Source of the DNA: a virus
Taxonomy: Duplodnaviria; Heunggongvirae; Uroviricota; Caudoviricetes
Reading direction: 5' to 3' (one strand)
IMG/VR virus record: IMGVR_UViG_2778261510_000005
DNA: 64,000 bases
Part shown: positions 42,331 through 52,431 of the stretch, piece by piece
Layout of the letters: the number at the start of each line of letters is the position of its first letter
How positions within the stretch are numbered: the first letter of the stretch is position 1
Notes under the pieces: generated by a model
Databases searched by the model: none
What the model was told of the DNA's origin: nothing
What the model saw: the letters and a program-made list of their open reading frames with translations, nothing else
Translations under genes and position numbers: made by a program

Positions 42331-44058
42331 TTGTGTTTAAGGAAGAGTAAATTGAGTAACTTACGCGAATACCAGAATCGTATTGCAGATATCGCAAAAC
42401 GCTCTAAAGCTGTGCTTGGCTGGGCAAGCACTGCGCAGTTCGGTACTGATAACCAATTCATTAAAGATGATGCCGCGCGTGCCGCATCTATCCTTGAAGC
42501 TGCACGTAAAGACCCGGTTTTTGCGGGTATCTCTGATAATGCCACCGCTCAAATCGCTACAGCGTGGGCAAGTGCACTGGCTGACTACGCCGCAGCACAT
42601 AAATCTATGCCGCGTCCGGAAATTCTGGCCTCCTGCCACCAGACGCTGGAAAACTGCCTGATTGAGTCCACCCGCAATAGCATGGATGCCACTAATAAAG
42701 CGATGCTGGAATCCGTCGCAGCAGAGATGATGAGCGTTTCTGACGGTGTTATGCGTCTGCCTTTATTCCTCGCGATGATCCTGCCTGTTCAGTTGGGGGC
42801 AGCTACCGCTGATGCGTGTACCTTCATTCCGGTTACGCGTGACCAGTCCGACATCTATGAAGTCTTTAACGTGGCAGGTTCCTCTTTTGGTTCTTATGCT
42901 GCTGGTGATGTTCTGGACATGCAATCCGTCGGTGTGTACAGCCAGTTACGTCGCCGCTATGTGCTGGTGGCAAGCTCCGATGGCACCAGCAAAACCGCAA
43001 CCTTCAAGATGGAAGACTTCGAAGGCCAGAATGTACCAATCCGAAAAGGTCGTACTAACATCTACGTTAACCGTATTAAGTCTGTTGTTGATAACGGTTC
43101 CGGCAGCCTACTTCACTCGTTTACTAATGCTGCTGGTGAGCAAATCACTGTTACCTGCTCTCTGAACTACAACATTGGTCAGATTGCCCTGTCGTTCTCC
43201 AAAGCGCCGGATAAAGGCACTGAGATCGCAATTGAGACGGAAATCAATATTGAAGCCGCTCCTGAGCTGATCCCGCTGATCAACCACGAAATGAAGAAAT
43301 ACACCCTGTTCCCAAGTCAGTTCGTTATCGCGGCTGAGCACACGGTACAGGCGGCGTATGAAGCACAGCGTGAATTTGGTCTGGACCTGGGTTCCCTACA
43401 GTTCCGCACCCTGAAGGAATACCTGTCTCATGAACAGGATATGCTGCGTCTTCGCATCATGATCTGGCGCACTCTTGCGACCGACACCTTTGACATCGCT
43501 CTGCCGGTTAACCAGTCCTTTGATGTATGGGCAACCATCATTCGTGGCAAATTCCAGACTGTATATCGCGACATTATTGAGCGCGTTAAATCTTCTGGTG
43601 CGATGGGGATGTTTGCTGGTGCTGATGCAGCATCTTTCTTCAAACAGTTGCCGAAGGATTTCTTCCAGCCAGCCGAAGACTATATCCAGACTCCGTATGT
43701 TCACTACATCGGTACCCTGTTCGGTAACGTGAAAGTGTACGAAGTACCTGCTGGTATTTGTAAGAACTTAACGACAGAGAACATTCAGTTCAGCTCGATG
43801 GATGTGCTGTGCTACGTCCGTGATGAAAATCCGGGTAAAGCAGGCTTCGTGACTGGTGATGCTGTCCCGGCCATCCCGTTCCAGCATCCGACCACTCCGG
43901 CGCTGGTCAACCGTACCACGCTGTGGGGTTCGGCTATCAACGATATGCACCCACGCAACGGCGCTGATTACTTCACTCGTGTAACGCTGACAATGGCCAA
44001 AAAAGGCGGGCTTAACTTCATAAGCGGCGACACGATTGATGCCGGTGACTCTGAGTAA
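42331..44058 (+). CDS. Major head (capsid) protein, gp23-like
   Basis: 575-aa ORF (TTG 42331; alternative TTG 42352 has a better GGAAGAG RBS) next to par, as for P1 gene 23. Confidence 0.7.
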   Translation: MCLRKSKLSNLREYQNRIADIAKRSKAVLGWASTAQFGTDNQFIKDDAARAASILEAARKDPVFAGISDNATAQIATAWASALADYAAAHKSMPRPEILASCHQTLENCLIESTRNSMDATNKAMLESVAAEMMSVSDGVMRLPLFLAMILPVQLGAATADACTFIPVTRDQSDIYEVFNVAGSSFGSYAAGDVLDMQSVGVYSQLRRRYVLVASSDGTSKTATFKMEDFEGQNVPIRKGRTNIYVNRIKSVVDNGSGSLLHSFTNAAGEQITVTCSLNYNIGQIALSFSKAPDKGTEIAIETEINIEAAPELIPLINHEMKKYTLFPSQFVIAAEHTVQAAYEAQREFGLDLGSLQFRTLKEYLSHEQDMLRLRIMIWRTLATDTFDIALPVNQSFDVWATIIRGKFQTVYRDIIERVKSSGAMGMFAGADAASFFKQLPKDFFQPAEDYIQTPYVHYIGTLFGNVKVYEVPAGICKNLTTENIQFSSMDVLCYVRDENPGKAGFVTGDAVPAIPFQHPTTPALVNRTTLWGSAINDMHPRNGADYFTRVTLTMAKKGGLNFISGDTIDAGDSE

Positions 44059-44118
44059 TCAGGGGAAGTTCTCCGTTTAACATAGCGCCCCCGTGCGGGG
44101 CGCATAACAGGGAAAGTT

Positions 44119-45708
44119 ATGTCTCAATATTCAATTCAACAGTCATTAGGTAATGCATCCGGCGTCGCGGTTAGCCCGATCAATGCCGATGCGACGTTAT
44201 CTACCGGTGTTGCATTAAATAGCAGCTTGTGGGCTGGTATTGGCGTATTTGCGCGTGGCAAGCCGTTTACTGTTCTTGCGGTTACTGAGTCCAATTACGA
44301 AGATGTTCTCGGCGAACCGCTGAAGCCGTCTTCCGGCTCACAGTTCGAACCAATTCGCCATGTATACGAAGCTATTCAGCAAACGTCAGGTTATGTTGTT
44401 CGTGCTGTTCCGGATGATGCGAAGTTCCCGATTATTATGTTCGATGAATCAGGCGAACCGGCTTACAGTGCGTTGCCATACGGTTCTGAAATTGAACTTG
44501 ATAGTGGCGAAGCCTTTGCTATCTACGTTGATGATGGTGATCCGTGTATTTCACCTACCCGTGAGTTAACCATCGAAACGGCAACAGCGGACAGCGCGGG
44601 TAATGAACGCTTCCTCTTAAAACTGACCCAGACGACTTCGCTCGGCGTGGTAACGACCCTGGAGACACACACTGTGTCTTTGGCGGAAGAAGCGAAAGAT
44701 GACATGGGCCGCTTGTGTTATCTGCCTACGGCTCTGGAAGCCCGTTCTAAATATCTGCGCGCGGTTGTTAATGAAGAGCTGATTTCGACGGCGAAAGTAA
44801 CAAATAAAAAATCGCTGGCGTTCACTGGCGGTACCAACGGCGATCAGTCGAACATTTCCACTGCTGCTTACCTGCGTGCGGTGAAAGTGCTGAACAATGC
44901 GCCGTACATGTACACCGCTGTTCTCGGCCTGGGTTGCTATGACAATGCGGCGATCACTGCGTTAGGTAATATCTGTTCTGATCGCCTGATTGATGGTTTC
45001 TTTGATGTCAAACCGACATTGACGTACACGGAAGCGATCTCTGCTGTTGAAGATACCGGTTTACTTGGTACCGATTATGTAAGCTGTGCTGTCTATCATT
45101 TCCCGTTCTCCTGCAAAGACAAATGGACCCAATCCCGTGTGGTCTTCGGTCTGTCTGGCGCGGCGTATGCGGCGAAAGCTCGTGGCGTCAAGAAAAACTC
45201 TGATGTCGGCGGTTGGCATTACTCACCGGCTGGTGAAGAACGTGCCGTCATTGCTCGTGCGTCAATTCAACCGCTGTATCCGGAAGATACCCCGGACGAA
45301 GAAGCAATGGTCAAGGGCCGTCTCAATAAAGTATCTGTAGGTACCTCTGGCCAGATGATCATCGACGATGCTTTAACTTGCTGCACGCAGGATAACTATC
45401 TGCACTTCCAGCACGTCCCATCCCTGATGAATGCAATCAGCCGTTTCTTTGTCCAGTTAGCCCGACAGATGAAGCATAGCCCGGACGGTATTACTGCGGC
45501 TGGCCTGACTAAAGGGATGACCAAACTTTTAGATCGCTTTGTCGCCTCCAGCGCTCTGGTGGCTCCTCGTGATCCTGATGCTGACGGTACAGAACCGTAT
45601 GTGCTGAAAGTTACGCAGGCGGAATTCGATAAATGGGAAGTAGTCTGGGCCTGCTGCCCGACTGGCGTAGCCCGTCGTATCCAGGGCGTACCGCTGCTTA
45701 TTAAGTAA
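44119..45708 (+). CDS. Putative tail sheath protein, gp22-like (529 aa)
   Basis: Large structural ORF directly following the head gene; assigned by position and size only. Confidence 0.5.
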   Translation: MSQYSIQQSLGNASGVAVSPINADATLSTGVALNSSLWAGIGVFARGKPFTVLAVTESNYEDVLGEPLKPSSGSQFEPIRHVYEAIQQTSGYVVRAVPDDAKFPIIMFDESGEPAYSALPYGSEIELDSGEAFAIYVDDGDPCISPTRELTIETATADSAGNERFLLKLTQTTSLGVVTTLETHTVSLAEEAKDDMGRLCYLPTALEARSKYLRAVVNEELISTAKVTNKKSLAFTGGTNGDQSNISTAAYLRAVKVLNNAPYMYTAVLGLGCYDNAAITALGNICSDRLIDGFFDVKPTLTYTEAISAVEDTGLLGTDYVSCAVYHFPFSCKDKWTQSRVVFGLSGAAYAAKARGVKKNSDVGGWHYSPAGEERAVIARASIQPLYPEDTPDEEAMVKGRLNKVSVGTSGQMIIDDALTCCTQDNYLHFQHVPSLMNAISRFFVQLARQMKHSPDGITAAGLTKGMTKLLDRFVASSALVAPRDPDADGTEPYVLKVTQAEFDKWEVVWACCPTGVARRIQGVPLLIK

Positions 45709-45717
45709 GGGAATACA

Positions 45718-46533
45718 ATGAGCAAAAACTTTTTTCAATCCGGGGCATTTTTGGGGAATGGACTGTCCCGTTTCGCTTTGAACTCTGATCCTGTGCAGCT
45801 GATGGAGTCTGCCCGAGCAAGCGCCGAACCGCCAACAGATCCGGTTATTAATAATAATCCGGAACCGGCGGCACAGACTAACGATAACGTTCCATCTGAT
45901 CCGGCTCCTGAGCAAATCCTGGAAGGGAAAGACGGTAAAGAATGGACCGTCGAACAGGCGCACCAGATGATTCTGGAAGCTGCAAATCGAAGTGCTATGC
46001 AGAATGCGTTGAGTGATGCGGCCGACGCCGTTTTCGCCTGGGCTGATAGCGGTGATCTGACTTTCGACTCCCTTGATGGTTTCGTTCAGGCTATCGCTGG
46101 TATCTCTGATGACGACGACTCCGAAGTTACAGAAGAACAGGACGATGCCTATAACGAAGCATGGGCAAATGTTGCTGACTTCCTCGCAGCATGCGGTGTA
46201 GATGATGACCTGATCGAAGCACTGGCTGACGATGAAGACGACGACGCTGCTGCTGATGTTGGTGCCTCTATCGCTGGTTTAGATAGCGACGACCGCGACG
46301 AACTGGAAGCGGCGTTTGTTGTTGCTGGCACTTCTGATGAAATGCTGACTGAAGCATTTAAGAAGGTTGTTCGTAACGGTGAGATCAAACTCATCCGTAA
46401 ACGCCTGCGTAAAAAACGTCTGACTGCGGCTCAAAAATCGGCGCTGAAAAAAGCGCGTCGTAAAGCCCAGACCGGCGCGGCAAAACTGGCCCGCAAAAAG
46501 TCAATGAAACTGCGCCGTAAGCGCCTCGGCTAA
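45718..46533 (+). CDS. Hypothetical virion-associated protein, acidic with basic C-terminal tail (271 aa)
   Basis: Extremely acidic central region and a Lys/Arg-rich C-terminus. Confidence 0.6.
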   Translation: MSKNFFQSGAFLGNGLSRFALNSDPVQLMESARASAEPPTDPVINNNPEPAAQTNDNVPSDPAPEQILEGKDGKEWTVEQAHQMILEAANRSAMQNALSDAADAVFAWADSGDLTFDSLDGFVQAIAGISDDDDSEVTEEQDDAYNEAWANVADFLAACGVDDDLIEALADDEDDDAAADVGASIAGLDSDDRDELEAAFVVAGTSDEMLTEAFKKVVRNGEIKLIRKRLRKKRLTAAQKSALKKARRKAQTGAAKLARKKSMKLRRKRLG

Positions 46534-46568
46534 AGGAGGAGGCCGGAGAACTCCGGCCTTTAACTTGA

Positions 46569-47150
46569 ATGGCACCTATACCTTATGGGGTTTACAGCCA
46601 GGCTGACGGTGTATCGCCATATCTGAAAGTTACTTTAACGAACTCTCAGTACCAGGTTACCGGATATATCAGCCAGGGAGCGGCAATGAACATGGCCCAG
46701 AATTGGGAAGCGCCGTTTACCGGTATGTCCATGGGATCTGTTTCTGGTGCTCTGGGTGGTTTTGTGCAAGTAGGTACTGAAACAACGTCGGTTGCCCGTT
46801 GGAATAGCTTAATGGTTTGGGAAGGGGGGACTCCGCCGACGTTCACGCTGCCTGTAACTTTCATTGCTTTGAACAATCCATTCATTGAAGTTTCAGGCGC
46901 TATCGCCGCGTTGACAGCCATGATTAGCCCGGAACTAAAAGCGGCCAATGTTGGTGGTCGAATCCCGGAGCGCGTGACGCTAAACATTGGTCGCCGGATC
47001 AACATCACCGATGTCGCCATCCAGGACTTAAGTTTTGATCTCGATGCGCCAAGGGACAGTAATGGATATTTCCTGAAAAACACCGTCAACCTCCAGTTGA
47101 CCGGTTCTTCGATATATAACAGCTCCGATATTGTTCGGGCGTTCCAGTAA
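46569..47150 (+). CDS. Putative tail tube protein (193 aa)
   Basis: Position after the sheath-like gene; size typical of tube proteins; no motif recognised. Confidence 0.45.
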   Translation: MAPIPYGVYSQADGVSPYLKVTLTNSQYQVTGYISQGAAMNMAQNWEAPFTGMSMGSVSGALGGFVQVGTETTSVARWNSLMVWEGGTPPTFTLPVTFIALNNPFIEVSGAIAALTAMISPELKAANVGGRIPERVTLNIGRRINITDVAIQDLSFDLDAPRDSNGYFLKNTVNLQLTGSSIYNSSDIVRAFQ

Positions 47151-47161
47151 AAGGATTTTAT

Positions 47162-47671
47162 ATGGGGCACAATAACACTAAGGGAAACCGTAAATTTATT
47201 AAGGGCCGCTATACTGCCAACGCGGCCAAAGGCGAACGACTGGTATCTTCTGAATTCCAGCTCACTTTTGCAGGCCATGAAGATATCAGCGTACTGGTTC
47301 GCACGTCGCAAATCCCTGAAATGACCCGCGAGGATGTGGAGGACTATGGCCCGAATGGTGTGAAGTTCAACCAGCACGGTCCAATCCGTAACTCCGGGGA
47401 AATCCAGGTCCAGTGCGTGGAGACTATCGAAGGCGATATTCTTCAGTTCATTAAAGATCGCATTGCGGCGAAGGACTATGTTGATATCACGATGGCTGCG
47501 ACCCCTGAATCCAAATCTTCCGGGGTTAACGCTGTGACAAAAGCTGCTACAACAATTGAAATGTTGGACTGCAAAATCTACAGTGATGCAATCGACTTTA
47601 GTACCGAAGATGTGACTGCCGCTGTGCGTCCGTCACTTCGTATCGTTTACAACTGGATTGAGTGGGATTAA
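47162..47671 (+). CDS. Hypothetical structural protein (169 aa)
   Basis: Last gene of the plus-strand structural operon before the terminator at 47690. Confidence 0.6.
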   Translation: MGHNNTKGNRKFIKGRYTANAAKGERLVSSEFQLTFAGHEDISVLVRTSQIPEMTREDVEDYGPNGVKFNQHGPIRNSGEIQVQCVETIEGDILQFIKDRIAAKDYVDITMAATPESKSSGVNAVTKAATTIEMLDCKIYSDAIDFSTEDVTAAVRPSLRIVYNWIEWD

Positions 47672-47689
47672 GAGTCACCCCTTGTATTT

Positions 47690-47715
47690 TAAAGCTCCTA
47701 CGGGAGCTTTTTTGT
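47690..47715 (+). terminator. Rho-independent terminator (AGCTCC-TACG-GGAGCT + T6)
   Basis: Perfect 6-bp stem followed by TTTTTT. Confidence 0.7.
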
Positions 47716-47754
47716 GCTTAAATTATGCCGGTATAGCGAAATTTTGAGCATATT

Positions 47755-48051
47755 ATGGAAATTGATTTTTCATACTCTCCTGAAACGATAGAACGAAGAT
47801 TCGAAATAATTGGATGCAAAACTATTTCAGAGGAGCATTATTGGATTCTCTATGATGCCAATACATGGTTATGTGCCTTAGCAGAATGTCGGCCATCGTT
47901 ATGTGCAGGGGAGGGAGGACTTCGACATAAGGTGCTGGCTACACTTGAAGTGAACACGTTACGATATTGGTGTGTCGAAATACTTAGGGATAACAAAGAA
48001 TTACATTTATTATTGCTGAATAAGTGTGCGCCTCTGCGCAGGAAAGCATAA
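47755..48051 (+). CDS. Moron: hypothetical Cys-rich small protein (98 aa) bracketed by terminators
   Basis: Stand-alone ORF between terminators at 47690-47715 and 48180-48220; AT-rich; no family recognised. Confidence 0.5.
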   Translation: MEIDFSYSPETIERRFEIIGCKTISEEHYWILYDANTWLCALAECRPSLCAGEGGLRHKVLATLEVNTLRYWCVEILRDNKELHLLLLNKCAPLRRKA

Positions 48052-48179
48052 GAAAACCCAACCGCCATACTGGAATTATCAGAAGAATATGTGCGGAAAG
48101 TTATAGCTAGCTATTGAAAAGCTAAAGTAGATCGGTTAGATTTACCTTACTCATCTACCATGCGTAGAAAGAGCGATCG

Positions 48180-48220
48180 AACCCGATACATAGCAATATG
48201 TGTCGGGTTCAGCTTTTTTA
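48180..48220 (+). terminator. Terminator-like hairpin (ACCCGATACAT-loop-ATGTGTCGGGT) followed by T-run
   Basis: 11-bp stem with one mismatch, then TTTTTT at 48214-48219. Confidence 0.5.
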
Positions 48221-48697
48221 TGTCCCAAGTGCTCTTTTTCTGCTTTGTTTGAGTGTTCTGATTTTACTGTCATAGGTTACAACATAGGCTGTTTTGAGAA
48301 GCCAATAGTCTCTACGTGCGGATAGCACAACAACGTAGTTTTCACACTCGTTCCAGATTACCCACTCTTCAGTTGGTCCTCGTCTTTCAGACCAACATGA
48401 TATATCGCAATGGTCATAATTCCTTATCATATGCGCGATCCAGCGGATCCGCTTACACCGTTCAAGATCAGGTATTCGTTCTTCTTCTATTTTTCCCTCT
48501 GATACTAAATGCCAAAATCCGAACTCTTTCCCATCATATTCCGGTGAATAACGTAATCGAACAGGGAGACCCTTAAACGTTATATTAGAGATTAAAATAT
48601 CTTCTCTAACAACATCATATACATCGTCTATATACTCTTGCCAACTTCCATTGAAGTACAATAAATCTGGCATTTGAAGCATCAGCGAGCCTCCCAC
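48218..48697 (-). CDS. Hypothetical protein (159 aa), distal gene of a two-gene accessory operon; possible HEPN-like Rx5H motif
   Basis: Overlaps the upstream gene by 16 nt; contains KRIRWIAH (Rx5H); AT-rich; no family confidently recognised. Confidence 0.6.
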   Translation of the reverse strand: MGGSLMLQMPDLLYFNGSWQEYIDDVYDVVREDILISNITFKGLPVRLRYSPEYDGKEFGFWHLVSEGKIEEERIPDLERCKRIRWIAHMIRNYDHCDISCWSERRGPTEEWVIWNECENYVVVLSARRDYWLLKTAYVVTYDSKIRTLKQSRKRALGT

Positions 48698-49386
48698 ACG
48701 AAAATATTAAATTTACTTTCTGTTGGAAGAGTGCTTTTTAGTAACTCCCTGTTTGTATGTGATTTTATCCTGTTTATGACTTGGATTTTTCCCGCGTTGC
48801 TATTCATTCCTCGATGAACGTAGCCTAACGCACCAATGAAAAGATCCGTTAGCTGCAATTGTTGCACTTCATGAGATCGTATATGTTGAATTCTGTTTAT
48901 CGACTCATGATTGTAATCATAGCGATCATTGTGAAGAACTCCTCTTAATTTCTCAATTTTTTCAATACCTAAAGTATCTTTTATATCTAGGTAGATATTG
49001 TATGTGTTGTTACTTTCTATTATGTTTTTTAAGACATAAAAAAACATCTTATAATAGAAAGTATTGTGATCTTGATGGAATCGAGCATGGTCCAGTTGCT
49101 CTTTATCAGGAACAACAACACCTCTAAAGCGCAATGCTGGGTTGCTGAAGAAGTAATCTACGACCTCTAAGTAAAATTCAACTTTGGACGCAGATACTTT
49201 AGTCCACTTGATTTCGAAATCAGGTTTTAAATTGTGTTTTAATTTTAATCCCTTGATGTCTCTAGCAATTTTTTTTGTGATAGTGCCAGGACACCAAAGC
49301 GCACCCAATACCATGACTTTATTATGATCATTTAGTAGGTGACAGGATTCATCGCAGAATACATTAAATGTTCTTCGGTTCAACAT
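48682..49386 (-). CDS. Hypothetical protein (234 aa) with N-terminal FCDES motif (possibly DUF3800-like), proximal gene of the accessory operon
   Basis: MLNRRTFNVFCDESCH... recalls the DE motif of DUF3800-type proteins (recollection only); very AT-rich coding sequence. Confidence 0.65.
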   Translation of the reverse strand: MLNRRTFNVFCDESCHLLNDHNKVMVLGALWCPGTITKKIARDIKGLKLKHNLKPDFEIKWTKVSASKVEFYLEVVDYFFSNPALRFRGVVVPDKEQLDHARFHQDHNTFYYKMFFYVLKNIIESNNTYNIYLDIKDTLGIEKIEKLRGVLHNDRYDYNHESINRIQHIRSHEVQQLQLTDLFIGALGYVHRGMNSNAGKIQVINRIKSHTNRELLKSTLPTESKFNIFVWEAR

Positions 49387-49554
49387 GTTAACTCCACTTA
49401 TTGTTAGGTAGAATTGTCCGTTAGTTGTTTATTAATTGCAATAATGGGACGTTCTGATTTGCTAACTACGTCATCTTACCAGGACGCCTATGAGTTTTCC
49501 TCATGGCAAACTAGAGGTGTTGAAAGTATGCATGGTTATAATTAGAGCAATCTA

Positions 49555-50400
49555 TCACCCTCTGAATCCTACCGGTATACCCCATTGTTCGTTATCTTTA
49601 TTTTTGGCTAATACCGCATTAAGTGCTTCGTTTACCGTCATGCAATGCGGTAGATTATCGAAGTTTGATATCCAGCCAATATCAGGAGAACGCTTGTTCT
49701 TCAGGTAAGCATATTTCCGCGCTGCCGCCTCTACTTTCTGCTTGAACTCATGTTTTTGAGCGCGTTTTTTGGATAACCGCAGATTGTCAGCCTTTGCTTT
49801 TGCCTCAGCGATCCATGAAGTCAGTTTTTTGAGGCTGGTCGTTCCGGTACCGCCGGAAACTGATCTTTTTGTTTTTTTAATTTGTGACTTCTTATTCTTT
49901 ATTGCCACGTCATCCTGACAGGGGGAGGGGGTATCATTTTGACATGGGGGTGTGGATAAAAAATCAAATAAAGCCAATGTCTTAGCGAGAACAGCTTTAA
50001 CCTTGGTTGCGGCTGAAGAGATCTTTAATTTGCTTTCAATCAGCGCGTTTTTAGCGTGTTGTGCGAAGGCCAAAAAGGATGGTGTAAACCGGTACAGGTT
50101 AGCGCGGCGTTCACGGTGATCGCCGATAACAATCTCTACCGACAGGATTCCTTTGTTTACAGCTTCACGGAATGCGCGAACGACGGTTGATTGGCTATAA
50201 CCAGTTTCTGCCGCGATCATGCGGTGAGGCTTGTGAATGAAGTATTCACTGGTTGTTGCCGCGAGATTTGCACATTGCGACAGGATATGCCCGGCGCTAC
50301 GGGATAGACCGGAGTGTGTTACAAAGCAGGCCAATTCATAGCCAGAAAAAGTAAAATCGCTCATCGTTATACAGCTCAGGAAAGTGACTTTAGCCAGCAT
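49555..50400 (-). CDS. repL: RepL lytic replication initiator (contains oriL)
   Basis: 281 aa including MSDFTFSGYELACFVTHSGLSRSAGHILSQCANLAATTSEYFIHKPHRMIAAETGYSQSTVVRAFREAVNKGILSVEIV; immediately downstream of kilA, as in the P1 kilA-repL operon. Confidence 0.88.
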   Translation of the reverse strand: MLAKVTFLSCITMSDFTFSGYELACFVTHSGLSRSAGHILSQCANLAATTSEYFIHKPHRMIAAETGYSQSTVVRAFREAVNKGILSVEIVIGDHRERRANLYRFTPSFLAFAQHAKNALIESKLKISSAATKVKAVLAKTLALFDFLSTPPCQNDTPSPCQDDVAIKNKKSQIKKTKRSVSGGTGTTSLKKLTSWIAEAKAKADNLRLSKKRAQKHEFKQKVEAAARKYAYLKNKRSPDIGWISNFDNLPHCMTVNEALNAVLAKNKDNEQWGIPVGFRG

Positions 50401-50429
50401 TACAATGCTGGTGGTTCTTACTACGTCTG

Positions 50430-51230
50430 TTAGCGCGTAGCCGCGACAGGTACCAGCACACCAGCATCAAGCAATCGCTTCATTAGCCACTGCTGACCTT
50501 TGCCGGTTATACGAGTCGTGAAAGAAATCCTGCTTCCGTTGCTTGTATCGATCACGGTTTCTTTGAGGGTGAAGTACCCACGGGATATGTATTCTTGTTT
50601 GGGGACGTTCCTGCGTTCACCGGTTGCGATCAGAATTCCGTTATCACGCAACCAGGTGAAGAGATAGTTTTGGCCCAGGCCGAGCACTTTGGCATAGTTG
50701 CCGATTAGAACCCCGCTGGCGGTAGCAACGCGTTCGGCGAATTCGACTTTAGGCGCATCCATAAGCATTTTTTGCTCCAGCCGTTGCTTTTGCTCTGCCA
50801 GGTCGGCAGCCAAACGGAGAGCTTCAGGGAGACTCTGCGGAATAGCAGGTTGCAATCTTCCGGCTCGATAGTCGATAAATGTCTGGTTTACCTTCAGCCG
50901 AAACGCGGGAGAAATCCAGCCTGCGTACTCCACAGCGAGCAATTCATGGGCAAACGTACCGCCGCCACGGCCTTCGAACGAAACTATGCAATTCTGCATA
51001 GTTTCTTTTTCAAGCTCTTCGATGAGCTGTTTGGCTGACAGCGTTCTTAGCCATTGAGCTGGCGCTTTATGGGCACCGAGTCCGCTCGCTCTGTGTAGAG
51101 CATTAAGGTTGTAACGGCCAGCGTGGTCGGTCGTAATTTCAACACCACAAATAACAGGCAGAGTGGTTGAAGGATCGACATTTTGATGAAGGTTTGATAT
51201 ATTCATATCCGCATTGAATGTTTGCTGCAT
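50430..51230 (-). CDS. kilA: KilA (KilA-N domain + antirepressor-type C-terminal domain)
   Basis: 266 aa; C-terminal IPQSLPEALRLAADLAEQK...GKGQQWL paralogous to the Ant C-terminal domain; preceded by a C1 operator. Confidence 0.82.
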   Translation of the reverse strand: MQQTFNADMNISNLHQNVDPSTTLPVICGVEITTDHAGRYNLNALHRASGLGAHKAPAQWLRTLSAKQLIEELEKETMQNCIVSFEGRGGGTFAHELLAVEYAGWISPAFRLKVNQTFIDYRAGRLQPAIPQSLPEALRLAADLAEQKQRLEQKMLMDAPKVEFAERVATASGVLIGNYAKVLGLGQNYLFTWLRDNGILIATGERRNVPKQEYISRGYFTLKETVIDTSNGSRISFTTRITGKGQQWLMKRLLDAGVLVPVAATR

Positions 51231-51299
51231 TTTTTCTCCAAATTTGCATCAACCTTCAATCACCAGCTCGAAATGGTGATTCTTTGTACTTAGAAAACG

Positions 51300-51316
51300 A
51301 AATTTATTAGAGCAAA
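51300..51316 (-). promoter_or_regulatory. C1 operator upstream of kilA-repL (Op53-like)
   Basis: AAATTTATTAGAGCAAA, 16/17 match, 70 bp upstream of the kilA start. Confidence 0.8.
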
Positions 51317-51393
51317 TTTTTCTAACTCGATCCAGATCGGGTTGGATGATCTGCTCAGAAACCTGCCAGTTTGCTGGCAGGTTTTTTCTTTTG

Positions 51394-52431
51394 TTAACCT
51401 ATTGCTACTGGTTTTAACAAACCAGCATCAAGTAGCTTGCGAGTTAACCACTGCTGGCCTTTACCCGTTAATTGGGGCGTCAGCCGTATCTGATAGCCAT
51501 TTTCATCATCCAGCACCACTTCTTTCACCGTGAAATACCCGGCGTTAATGTACTGCTGGCGCGGTACGTTTTTGCGCGCACCAAAAGCCATGAGAATGCC
51601 GTTCTGGCGCAACCATGAGAAAAGGGCGTTTTGCTTAAGTCCAACGACCTTTGCAAAGTTACCGATCAGGATTCCATTAGCCACTGATACCCGGTCGGCA
51701 AAATCGACTTTAGGTGCTGCGGCCACCAGCTGTTGTTCCAGATGCATTTTCTGTTCTGCCAACTCGGCAGCCAGGCGTAGGGCTTCTGGTAATGTTTGGG
51801 GGATCGATGGGGTAGGGGAGTTTGCCTGCTGCAATTCTTCCAGTTTGTCGATCAGCGAACGGCGGACAGCTTTTGATTCGCGCGCGGCGACTCGCAGGGC
51901 TTGTTTGTAGGTCATGGTTATGACAAGCATTGATGTTTTGTTCATTTTTTCCACTACACTTTTTGTGTAGTGCTCACCATCAAGCTCATCGAGTATTTTT
52001 TCGATGAATTTGTTGTTCCGAACCTCTGGTTCCCCACATAACTTACGCGCTTCATTGACCATCTTTAACAGTGTCTGGCTGTCGATTGTGTCTCCAGTGT
52101 TGGAGATAACATTCACAGTTGGTGATGGCGTAGCTAAAGCAACAGGTGCTGGTTTTTCAACATTCAAATTATTACCGGTCATTCTGCGCGCCTCCTTTCT
52201 CATTTCTGCTGCCACCGTTGCGTAACGTAGACGTCCTTGTTCAATCAAATAATCCCTGATCTCGGCTATCAGTAGCCTGTTGATCACAGCCTTATCTGTT
52301 CGGGTATAAAAACGCCTGGTTATCATGAAATAGTTGGCAATTGCGCCGGGGATCTCCCGTGTCGGCATACAGGCAGTATGCAGGGCGATCGCTTCGGCTA
52401 TGTCATTACGGGTGACGAGAGGTTTTTTCAT
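51394..52431 (-). CDS. ant: Antirepressor Ant (ant1/ant2)
   Basis: 345 aa; start overlaps the icd stop; placed between the c4 region and kilA-repL as in P1 immI. Confidence 0.82.
   Translation of the reverse strand: MKKPLVTRNDIAEAIALHTACMPTREIPGAIANYFMITRRFYTRTDKAVINRLLIAEIRDYLIEQGRLRYATVAAEMRKEARRMTGNNLNVEKPAPVALATPSPTVNVISNTGDTIDSQTLLKMVNEARKLCGEPEVRNNKFIEKILDELDGEHYTKSVVEKMNKTSMLVITMTYKQALRVAARESKAVRRSLIDKLEELQQANSPTPSIPQTLPEALRLAAELAEQKMHLEQQLVAAAPKVDFADRVSVANGILIGNFAKVVGLKQNALFSWLRQNGILMAFGARKNVPRQQYINAGYFTVKEVVLDDENGYQIRLTPQLTGKGQQWLTRKLLDAGLLKPVAIG

Noticed and set aside
49535-49551. C1 operator-like sequence at the 3-prime end of repL
   Set aside because: Only the ATTGCTCTAAT core matches; 5 mismatches in the distal part, so probably chance or a decayed site.
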